From positions 868,001 through 932,000 of the forward strand of contig BCIN01000006.1 of NCBI GenBank assembly GCA_039545335.1: DNA of 64,000 bases, given 5' to 3'. Position 1 is the stretch's first letter; every line of letters begins with the position of its first letter. The position numbers were made by a program, and so were the translations under genes. The notes under the pieces were generated by a model, which saw nothing but the letters and a program-made list of their open reading frames with translations, did not search any database and was not told the DNA's origin. This document shows, piece after piece, positions 43,094-53,396 of the stretch. The stretch comes from Kondoa subrosea (lineage: Eukaryota).

Positions 43094-43912
43094 CTACTCT
43101 GGCTCTGTTGAAAGATCAGAATTGTTAGCTTAGACTGTTGAAGATTAGCAAAAACTGACTCTTGCCCGGCTTAACAAGTGTCTTCAAGAGGTCCAAGATT
43201 TCCCTCTGTTGGTCCTCCATCTCAATCAATTCGTTTTTGAGGTCGTCAAACTTGATTTCCAGGTTGCCGATTCTGGTTTCAAGGGACTCCATTCTTTCAT
43301 TGGTCTCTCTCAATTTGCCCACGCTGACCAGGCTTCCAGTAGCTAGAAAAGAACGATCAGAAACTGATGTACAAGGAGCAGAAGGCAAGGCATACAAGAG
43401 GATGCAGGTATTGATGCCTGATCCGTATCCATTGTCCCACCTCGGTTCTGTCCAGACTAAGGGGCATCATCAGCATGCGGCGGATATATCGGCTCAGAAG
43501 ATCTTACTTCGGATAATCTTAATTGCTGGAGATGATCTGTAAGTCCAAGACTTGACTAATGAAAATGATGTCAGTTTGGTATATGACTTCAATCACATCG
43601 TCTGCACTGACTTGAGTTCTTGGAAGCTGTTTAGTCCGAATCAGACTAACCTTTGCAAAAGCGGCAGAACAGACTTACTCTCGACGCGCTAGAGACGTGT
43701 GATTCTCCATCATTTGAGCTTCTTTGCGAGGTGGTGTCCCGATACATAGGGATCTAAGCAATTTCAACTCAAGCAAATGCAGTTAGCTACCCACGCACTT
43801 GGATGTTATGCAGGCAGACGCTGTTGAGGTCGAAGAAGAAAGCCTCAAGAGCGAGATGTCGGTCCACGTCTAGAATTGAGCCACGTTTTGTAATTGTATG
43901 AATCGAATCCAT
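43094..43912 (-). CDS. Hypothetical small multi-exon protein with a C-terminal coiled coil
   Basis: ATG 43912, several tiny exons between GT..CTRAC..AG introns, and the heptad segment ERMESLETRIGNLEIKFDDLKNELIEMEDQQREILDLLKTL. Exon structure only partly resolved. Confidence 0.4.
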
Positions 43913-44086
43913 GGAAGTAGAGCGGAGCATGAGGTGTGGAGATGTTATGTGAGAGCACAGCCAGAATATTGAAGTTGCAGACACAAGTCACACAGCATGA
44001 GCAAGAGCAAGAGCAAGGGAATTTCGATCGAACTCAAATTGAGGGGGAAAAAAAAAACAAAGTCAACACAACATCCAAGTTATTTT

Positions 44087-44612
44087 GAAGTTGCACGTTG
44101 CACGGTGGTCTATGGAAAGTTAGCGTACAAATTTCATACTACCCAACCTAAAGATCTCACTTCATCTTCTTCTTTTACTTCACAATACAAAGCACCGAGA
44201 CCGAGAACGTAACAGACCAATTGAAAGGTCGAGAATTAGAGAGTGGTATACATACGGATCCATGAGTTCTTGCCAATGAGCCAGAACATCTTTCGAGGTA
44301 GGAGAGGGTGTTCCACCAGTGGTGAAGATAATTGGGTGGAAAGCATTCTTGATAAGGCTGCAGTAATGACGATTCTTCTCTGCTTCAATGCTTGACAGGT
44401 AAAGCTGGATACGCTTCTCAGTAGCGCTGAAGAGGTCTGGATCTTGAGTGCTAGGTACTTGAGGAAAGCGTAGCGAATGGACTGAGGTGAACTTGAGATC
44501 ATAGTCAGAGACGTCTTGCCGAAACGAGCCTGGACCAGAGATGCGAAGATCTGTTCTATCCCTTCTATTGACTACAGCAGGCTCGGCTTTGACTGTTGTC
44601 CCAATAAATTTG
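44087..44612 (-). mobile_element. 5'-truncated non-LTR retrotransposon fragment (restriction-like endonuclease C-terminus plus 3' UTR), CRE/Cnl1-like; copy 1
   Basis: An ATG-less minus-strand frame reads KAEPAVVNRRDRTDLRISGPGSFRQDVSDYDLKFTS...LYLSSIEAEKNRHYCSLIKNAFHPIIFTTGGTPSPTSKDVLAHW...LDLSIGLLRSRSRCFVL* (stop 44180-44182). This EP..RxDL..YDL..K..Y..FxPxxFxxGG pattern fits the RLE domain. Confidence 0.75.
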
Positions 44613-44964
44613 GAAGTTGCACGGTGGTCTATGGAAAGCTAGCATACAAATTTCATACTACCCAATCTAAAGATCTCACTTCATCTTCTTCTTTTACTTC
44701 ACAACACAAAGCACCGAGACCGAGAACGTAACAGACCAATTGAAAGGTCGAGAATTAGAGAGTGGTATACATNCGGATCCATGAGTTCTTGCCAATGAGC
44801 CAGAACATCTTTCGAGGTAGGAGAGGGTGTTCCACCAGTGGTGAAGATAATTGGGTGGAAAGCATTCTTGATGAGGCGTCAGAGACTTCTTGTCGAAACG
44901 AGCCTGGACCAGAGATGCGAAGATCTGTTCTATCCCTTCTGTTGGCTACACCATGCTCAGCTTT
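44613..44964 (-). mobile_element. Second 5'-truncated copy of the same element, with a 145-nt internal deletion
   Basis: Near-identical to copy 1 over the 3' ~270 nt and the RDRTDLRISGPGSF segment. It lacks the equivalent of 44359-44503 and abuts copy 1 head-to-tail. Confidence 0.75.
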
Positions 44965-45004
44965 ACAAAACTGAGAAATGTAGAAAGTCAAGTAGAAAAA
45001 CTAC

Positions 45005-46364
45005 GACTTTAGCTCTATGTAATTGTATAGTCTTGTCTTCACCTCTGACGCAGCCAGTTCGCCATCCCAATCTACGCACAAAGCTTTTCCGGGTCTTCTG
45101 AGTCTTGATTAATTGTTTTAAGCTGCTATGCTTCGCATTGAATGACGAATAAAGCTTGTTTAGGTTATCGAGCATCCCCAATTCGGATAGTAGAATCGAA
45201 AGAGGCTGTAACTACTAATAAAGGTGGAGTAGGGTATGCTTCGACTGAAGAGACTTGAGAAGCATGACCTCGTAATGTAAGCGAAATAGCAGTCGTTTCT
45301 GTTCACAGAAAAATGTCATCTAAGCCAACCATTTCGCTGCAGAAGCCATTCGAGCGCACCTTGTCTCTGAAATCCCAAAAACAAACATTGCGATGCGTCG
45401 CTCCCGTACTAACAAATTCGCCGAAGCCATTTCATCTGCATCCAACAAGACTTTATCCGATTACTCAATTGCACTTTGCATTCCACCTTGTTATAAATCC
45501 CAAGTTCGACCCGTATGATCTTGACAAACAGAATAAGCTTTGTTAGAATCTTGGTTATGGAATATCGCTTTCGATACAGTTCCTTGATGATCTCTCATGA
45601 CCAATGCAGGTCGCAAGTTGATGCCTTCTGTAATTGAAGCACTTGTTTCTGTTCTTCTCTTTTTCGCTCGTTCTTCATTCGCATTCGATTCTTCTGTATT
45701 GATGAAGGAAGAATCCAAAGTCCAAAGAGCTACCATGTCATCCCAAGAAGCAGGTATCAAATTCTTGTTCGAAGTTGATAGAAGAGAAGAAACGGGTGCA
45801 GAATGAAAATTGAGAGAATATTGAATTTTTGGTGTAATTTGTTGTTCTGTTGGAGCGGAAGAAGAAGAAGATATGGATGTCCATATTCTAATCGTTCTGT
45901 CCATTCCTGCCCTTTGCGATTCTGTCTTGATCGACCTAGCATGCTGATAAGGTTGGTAGTTTTGTTTCAGAGATAGTAGAAAAAGGACCTGAACTTGAAG
46001 AGCCATCAAAGAGTGATAGAGAACCATCGTAAAAGCTGAGAAATAAGTTGAATTTGCTGAAATAGTTACATCGTTACACCAATCTTGACTTGGTAAAGTT
46101 GAAATATGTTCTGGTGGTACAACGGATTGAAAGTATTCCAATTCCAAGATGGATTCGGTTCTCAAATTCTGACTATGTAAATAATGTTGCAAAGAAGTTC
46201 GTAAAAGTTGACCTGAGCCTTGAATGGGGAACTCGAATGGAACAGGTACTACTGCTGTCTAAGACTTTGTTGATGAGTTCAGGCATTTGATAGCGACTCC
46301 AATCTGCTGGAATCTGATAGCGAGCTGGTGGAATATCATACTGCGAATCTTTCATTGTGAGAGT
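45005..46364 (-). pseudogene. YTM1: Decayed, nearly full-length YTM1/WDR12 ribosome-biogenesis gene (UBL/NLE plus WD40)
   Basis: YDIPPARYQIPADWSRYQMPELINKVL / VPVPFEF..GQLLRTSL..TESILELEYFQSVVPP..QDW, GMDRTIRIW, HSAPVSS, ASWDDMVALW, DHTGRTWDL, TLRGHASQVS..TASFDSTIRIW, GEDKTIQLH. It has multiple frameshifts and stops (e.g. TAG 45936-45938) and a retained intron at about 45302-45359. Confidence 0.85.
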
Positions 46365-47883
46365 GATAACATGCCCAGGACGATCTTGTTTTCTGCACGC
46401 ATGAGAAGTCAGCAGTGACCTAATAGCAAACATCGCTCGGCCTACGAGCCCAACATTCTTCTTCTATTGGGTTAAACTTCTTCTGACTCCATTTACCCAA
46501 AAAATAGATAGGCCAATGCAAGGTCAAAGGAAAGATGAAGACAGGTAGAGAGAACATGCAAGCCAATGTTGCCTTGACTAACGGCAGCAATGCTTCCAGC
46601 CGTGTTGGTATTGGTACATCGGCTTTTGGGTCGAGAGGTTTAGGTAGATGATATGCTACCAGAGAGGCGTTGGAGAGATGTGCTTCGTGAAGAGTATCGT
46701 GCAGCTGAATCAAGGTTTCGCTCAATTGATCTCGTCGCTGATCTTCTGCTGGATCTTCGAAGAGGTCAATAAGGCTAATAATGGCCTTGAGCATGATCTT
46801 GAGCANCNATTCAGTGCAACACACCTTTGTAAGAGATTCCTGTACTGATCTCGCCGTATCTCATGTACATGGTCAAAAAGTAATTCTCGAGCCATTTGAG
46901 CAGCATTATATGATTTCCTATCGAAAGTATCAGCCTACTCGTGGACATCATAGAGACAAACTGACCAGTCTTTGGCGTTCACTGTTACGGAACGCATTCT
47001 GGTTTCGACTTCTTTCGTCAATCGCTTGACCGCTGTTTTCGCATCACCGGTCAAGAATTCTTCTACATAGTCTTCTATTGATATTGCAGGGGCGAATCTA
47101 AGATGAATTAGTGAAGCAAATTAATGTTCTGGTCGACCTACTGCATGATGACGCTCGTTCTATAGCGAGATTTCCTTGTGTAGGTTATTCCAGCAACAGC
47201 AATCTTGACATCCTGTGCGTCTGTTCTTTTCCCATCTGAAGTACTGTTGCCTTCCTGTCTGAGATTCTTTGCATACTCCAGCGCAGTCTGTAACCTTCGT
47301 CAGGTCTAGCCCATAAAGTGACAATAAGGTAGACCAACCCAACTCAGCCCATCTTTGAGCGGTAAAAGACCAGGAACGTGTAATGATGTTCCTTCAGGGA
47401 AGACAGCTACGCATTCTCCAAGCTTGAAAACATCGAAAGTAGAAGCATATAAAGCTTGATTGTCTTTAACTGAACCAGTTCTCGCTACTGGTAGATTCCC
47501 AGAATCCAATAAGATGGCGCGAACGAGCTTATTCTTGAAAAGAGAATCCTTCGACCAGCTGCCAAAGCGTGATCACACTTCAGAGCGTCCCACACTTTGA
47601 TATTCATATGCAGCGCTCACTAATGAAGTTTTCGATCATGTGGGAAGTAGCCAGATAGGATCACAGGATCTACAGTCATACAGCAATGATTGGAAGCAGC
47701 CAACAATGGGCCTGGGATGGAATCAACAGGTAATGTCAATACTTGCGCGAGACAAGCTTTCGAGAGCAGCGCACCATCTTCTGGGACATTANCTGCATTC
47801 AGAACAGTGCAGTCTTGGTAGAAAGCATCCGCTGCAGCCCTCGCTAGCCAGCGAATGATAGTGTGGGTTGGTCCAAAGGGCAT
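46352..47883 (-). pseudogene. 3'-truncated GPAT duplicate that runs into the YTM1 remnant and stops at once
   Basis: Same exons as 41255-42774. It ends ...CWAQNKIVLGMLSLSQ* (TGA 46352-46354) and lacks the final TM helices and C-terminus. Confidence 0.8.
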
Positions 47884-47991
47884 CTCTTCAACTCATGCAC
47901 CAGCTCGTGTTGGACTGCTAGGGTATACACCAGTCTAGGGTCTGGTATACTGATGTGTACGCAGGGAAGATGACTGATCCAAGTCAACAGG
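46365..47991. repeat. ~1.63-kb direct repeat, copy B
   Basis: Matches 41255-42886; contains three ambiguous N bases (46806, 46808, 47792). Confidence 0.95.
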
Positions 47992-48788
47992 CGGCCTGGA
48001 GTTGACATTGAATCTCGCTTATCTTGGTACTGCCAACTGTCGGTCCTGGAGTTTCTTAGCCTGGCGTCTGCTGACTCGCAATAACGCTGCAGGCTATTGC
48101 AACATGTCATAAGATTCGAAGCCTCGTCTCAAGTTCTTTCCGGAGTCTTCGTTTCGCCCATTGTTGCTAGCTCCATGTACGCTGAATGCCAGAATGCCTA
48201 TTATGTTTACGTGATGAGGCTCATCTCAGCCAATTGCTGGCCTTAAATTTTGCTTGCTACCCGCACAGAAAGATTTCGAACCCAGAATCCAGATTCCACT
48301 AGAAATACAGAACCGCATGACTGCTCTGTGATTGTATGAAGAGGCATCCCTTGTGCGAAGAGATGATGACTTCGAGTCCAGGCTATCCTGATATGCAGAA
48401 TTGCGGCTTATCTGATCTTTCCACGTGAATCCACGTCCCTCATTTGACTCTCTTCTCCTCATCCCGCACACCTCTGTGTTAGAAATGCTAACGGAACGAC
48501 TTGTAACATGTCCAGCTCTTGGGTGTACTATATCACACACTGTTCACTCCTTTTGCTATCTTCTTTGGCACAAATGATACGAATGCTAATGTGTTGGCAA
48601 TCTAGCCTCAGCGCGTCACTCACAGACTTACAGCCCTTTCTAGAACAGATAGAAGCTGGATTACTTGTACTAAGTGCACCCGCTCGATTTGACTTTAGTG
48701 ACTAATACCTTTTTTCAACGCGTCATTCTTTGAGATTTCGTGATCTGCAATCAACGAGCTTTCCTTTACACGACCATCTCAACCCAAT

Positions 48789-50018
48789 ATGAAAGCTTGC
48801 TACGTTACTAAACAAGGCGTTGAGCTCAAGACTGCAGAAATCGTTCAACCTGAGAGGGGCGAAGTTCTCATGTAAGCTTTGTAGGTTCAATACTCTGGTA
48901 CGGCTCTGAGTCGGACGTTTACAGCAAGAATGAATATGTAGCTAGTAATCCTAAGGATTGGAAGTTGGCTGCATACGGAATCTTCGAAGGTGTCGAGTGG
49001 GTCTATAGTCCCGGCCAATTCAAATGAGAGTAGCTGAATGCATGCGGCAGAGGCAACGATGTAGCAGGTTACATCGAAGCTGTAGGAGAAGGTGTCGAAG
49101 AGTTCAAGAAGGGTGATAAAGTAGCAGGTAAGGCAAATTCATTGATTGATGTGCACTATGGTTAACACTTCTTTGCCTTGCAGCCTTTACCAAGATGTCT
49201 ACTCATAACAAGTATGGAGCTTACCAAGAATACTCGATCGCTCCTGCTTCTTGCACCTGGCCTGTAGCTAAATCCACTCCTCTTGAAGAAGCAGCAACTC
49301 TCCCCTTGGCCATGATGACTGCTGCGATTGGACTCTTTGTTAAGTTGGGAATGACTCCACCTTCTGGAGCACCAAGCACAACAGCAAATCCTGGAAAGAC
49401 AGTTTTGATAAATGGTGCCAGTTCTTCAGTAGGTGCATTCGCAGTACAATTGGCGCATCTGGCGAAGTACAAGATCGTCGGAGTTGGTGAGTAATCTTTT
49501 CTTATCTCACTTGCAAGACTGATTGATACCTTGTAGCTGGAGCATCAGGAGATTATGCTAAATCGTTGGGTGCCGATATTATTGTCGATTACCGCAACAA
49601 ATCTCAAGAAGAACTAGCTCAAGCAATCAAAGAAGCGGTAAAAAGTCTAGAGCAACCTCTTGCTGGCGTCTACGATGCTGTTAGCGAATTGCCAACAACA
49701 AAGACTCTGGTCGAGCAAGTTATGACTGAAGGCGGAACTTTGACTACTGTGCTTGATGTACTGGGCAAACCGGAAGACTCCCCAGAGAATGTCACAGTCA
49801 AGAGGACGATGGTCGGCACAGCTTATGGAGAGGACGAAGAGTTTGCGAAAGCAATGTATAGAACTGTTGGCAATTGGCTGGATATTGGATTGTTCAAAGC
49901 GAATAAAGTCAAGCTCATGCCAAATGGACTGGCAAGCGTTGAAGAAGGGCTGAAGCTTCTTCGCGAAGGCAAAGTCAGCGGGGAGAAGCTCGTATATAGG
50001 ATTAGCGATACTCCGTGA
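48789..50018 (+). CDS. MDR-superfamily oxidoreductase (trans-enoyl-reductase-like; YLR460C/ToxD type)
   Basis: NPKDWK, GNDVAGYIEAVGEGVEEFKKGDKVA, GAYQEY, EEAATLPLAMMTAAIGLF, VLINGASSSVGAFAVQLA, LGADIIVDYR, GKVSGEKLVYRI. Confidence 0.88.
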
Positions 50019-50719
50019 TTGCAGTATCGAACAAGAAATAAAGTATATCAATCACATAGATATGGACAGACAGAACCGAAGCGAAAGAAAAACAGCTTAT
50101 AGAGGATCATGCATGGATTTGACAGTATCTTCTCAGTACGACTTGTCATGACAGCTTCCAGGATCTTATCCACTGTAAAGTGACTCTGCCGCTCTCGCTA
50201 CATGCCTGGCAAAGAAGTTGTACGAGCAAATGAGCTTCGTCTTCAGTTCGACTTCCCTGAAAATTCGATTGGTAGTCCACATCCTTCGCTTCTGGTCACC
50301 AGGTGTTCTTGAACCTTCTACGTATAGCTAGCACCTGTTCTCGTCGTTCTGTCCATCCATGCTGACTCCTTGCATTATCACACCATCTAATACTGCTCCT
50401 GCTTTATTCGTTTGCTGCTGTTTTGGCCTGCTGTGCTGCCTCTGCCTCTATTCTTGGGTATCTACTGTTGTTCTGTTGTTGGCGGTCCACATTAAGATTG
50501 TTTGTTTGGGCGTACTGAGTGCTTTTAAACTTTTGCGAGCGTCATTTGTGAAATTCCTTCCCGAGCTACTTGTGGTGCAGTCTTGCCGATCCCCAGCTTT
50601 TAGTTTGTTCTCTACCACCGTCTTTGCTACATATACCTCTCTGAAGCCTTGCTCGCTATATTTGTACTGGATTTGAGAAGTGGAAGTTCAAGGCGGTTTC
50701 AACTTTTGGTCAACAAGTC

Positions 50720-53309
50720 ATGAAGGAAGGACTGTCTGAAAAGCCTTCAGGCGTATCTGTACAAGAGAATGAAGAGGCAGACAGAAGATCAGATGTAACA
50801 GCAGTAGATTCAGCCGCTTTGGCTGCAAAGGAGAAGAAGGGTTCTGACGAGCGCGAGGATGGCAAGATCGTATTGCAGGAAGTTGATTACCGTGATCAAT
50901 TGGGCTTCTCATTCCCTTCATGGAAGAAATGGGCAATTCTGACGACGATTTTCAGTCAGTTTGGCCGAAGTTGCTAATTTCATTGTCAACTGATATGTCG
51001 CATGCAGTGGTGCAGATATCAATGAATTGTAATGCTGCGTGAGTCAGAGAAATTCGCTGCTATCGTTTGGCTCATGCCTTTTTCTGCAAAGGATGTATGG
51101 AAATGCGACATCTGGCATTCAAGAAGAATTCCAGATTGGAGCACAAAAGGCCAGAGTACGTATAAGCCTCCCTGCTCAACTACTCGGTCACTAATCTCTG
51201 TGTTGTGTAATAGGTCGGATCTGCAGTCTTTCTCATATGCTGTATGGAATGCCTCTGGGTAGCTCTTCATGTCGCTGATATTCGCAATTCGCACCTCAGA
51301 TGCCTTTGGCTGTGAATTATGGGCCGCACCATCTGAAGAAGTCAGTGTTTCTTCGCATCTCCTTACAATCATTTTACTGAAATCGCGTGTTCGATAGTTT
51401 GGACGATGGAAGATCTTGCAATTGAGTCTTACTCTCGTCAACTTGCTACAAATACTGGCAGCTCTGTCGCCCAACTATCCTGCTTTACTGGTTGCAAGAA
51501 TTCTCGGCGGTTTTGCTTCAGCTGGAGGTGTGTCGCGTAGTTTATACATGTGAAACAATGTTCGATACATCAGTATGCAGGCTCTGTCACCTTAGGCGAG
51601 TTCCAAAGTCTTGCATTAGACACAATCTCACTCATTGCACTACAGGTATCATTGCAGACATGTTTGACGCCAATTCTCAGCAATTTGCGGTCAACTTTAT
51701 CGTCTTCAGTAGCGTGGGCGGTAGTGTGGTTGGGTATGTCAAGATTCTCTCGAGCAAAAATGATGATGTTCGCTCATGTTCTATACTTCTTGTCCAACAC
51801 AGACCCATTGCTGGGGCGTTCATTGAGGCACGGTGAGTCTGGTTTTGAATAACGACTGCCTTCGCTTCGGATCGGCATATCTGACTGTGTTTCATTCTTT
51901 CAGTTATGATTGGAGATGGCTGTTCTGGACACAGATGATTATCGGCTTCTTCGTACAAGCCTGTCACTTCTTCACTCCCGAAACCAGAGCCACCATCATG
52001 TTGGATCGCATCGCCCAGAAGCAGCGCAAAGATGGTCGTGAAAATGTTTATGGTCCAAATGAAGTAAAAGAACAACGTCTGACACCTAAAGAGATCGCTA
52101 CTACTTTATGGCGACCCTTCTACATGTTCATGCACGAGCCGATCGTCTTGTGTCTTTCTCTTCTTTCAGGTTTTTCGTAAGCCTTTTGATTTTTCAGCAT
52201 AAAGCATGAAAATCAGGCTAACTGTCCGGGTTTTCACAGAGATTCGCTCATCTTCACTTTTATAGAGTCATTCCATCGTCAGTATTACTCAAACAGCACG
52301 CTTTTTTTGGATAATGGCTGAGGTTTTACCACTTTTCCAGCGGTTTATGAACAATGGGGTTTCTCGACGGAGCAAATTGGCCTCGCTTTCTTCCCTCTAC
52401 TCATTGGCTATGTCCTCGCATACTTCTCCTTCTTCCCATTCATCATCAAACAAACAAGAATTCGCAAAAGAGATCCGGATGCTTTGGCACCCGAGCAAAG
52501 ATTATATTGGCTGTTGTGGACTGTGAGTCGTGGGAGCCTACGAGACCTTCCTCTTTCACTCAACTTTGTACGCTGTGTATATAGGTCCCTTTACTTCCCA
52601 TCGGTTTGATTTCCTTCGCTTGGACTTCTCGTGGACCGCAATACACCCACTGGATAGCTCCAATGGTCTGCAGTGCTCTAGTTGGCATTGCAAATTTCAC
52701 GATTTACATGGGTCGGTTCTTCTCTTATCACAACTTGAATTTATCTAAAATGAACGAACTTATTTAGCTACAATCGACTACATGATTGAAGCATGTATGG
52801 AACTAGCCTAACAGCCTTTCCCGTTGACTAACGTCTTCCACTTGCGCTGTAACAGACGGACCCTATTCGGCTTCAGCTACTGGTGGAAATGGTTTTGCTA
52901 GAGATTTCCTGGCAGGTGTTGCGACAATGTAAGTCTATATCGGTGTACATTCAATACATACTAATCTCTCTTCTTTCCAGGTATGCTACACCTTGTGAGT
53001 TTCTGCTTGATGCTTTCAAATCTTCCATGCTGAGTCGAACTTCAGTGTACACCAACCTTGGCAAGGAGAATCACTTGTAAGCTTGGTGAACGTTCTGTTA
53101 GGGTCATGAGCTGAGATCGAATTGCTAGGGCATGGGCTAGTACTTTGCTAGCTTGCTTGGGTCTTCTTGTCGCAATTCCTGTCTATGTTTTCTATTGGAA
53201 AGGACCTCAAATTAGGGAACGAAGTAAATTCGCTCAAACACTTGCCAGTGATCGCAAAGGTATGGAAGGCAAAAGAATGGCGAAGAGCAACAACATTGAA
53301 GAGGCTTGA
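50720..53309 (+). CDS. MFS drug:H+ antiporter (DHA1; polyamine-transporter-like), many small exons
   Basis: LGFSFPSWKKWAILT, AFGCELWAAPSEEFGRW, RILGGFASAGGSVTLGIIADMF, WRWLFWTQMI, PETR, WRPFYMFMHEPIVLCLSLLSGFSD, PEQRL, YSASATGGNGFARDFLAG. Confidence 0.9.
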
Positions 53310-53396
53310 CCTGTTCCTATGCACTAATTCTCGCACAGCTCCTTGATCTAGTTTCTCGTTCTGATATCTTTTATTGTACATTAGCATTGCATCTAA

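Noticed and set aside
44048..44057. A-run as the poly(A) tail of the retroelement
   Set aside because: It is on the wrong strand (poly-T in element sense), lies ~30 nt outside the region shared by both copies, and is absent after copy 2.
45005..46364. YTM1 relic as a processed retrocopy made by the neighbouring retroelement
   Set aside because: It retains a GT-AG intron (about 45302-45359) and has no poly(A) tail.
42887..46364. Helitron or Pack-MULE gene capture
   Set aside because: I could not identify terminal inverted repeats, a short TSD or a hairpin-CTRR end by eye. Not excluded, but unsupported.
50359..50676. Hydrophobic 105-aa ORF upstream of the MFS gene and the many short antisense ORFs in the track
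   Set aside because: They reflect pyrimidine-rich UTR/promoter composition or shadows of real genes, and show no motifs or splice support.
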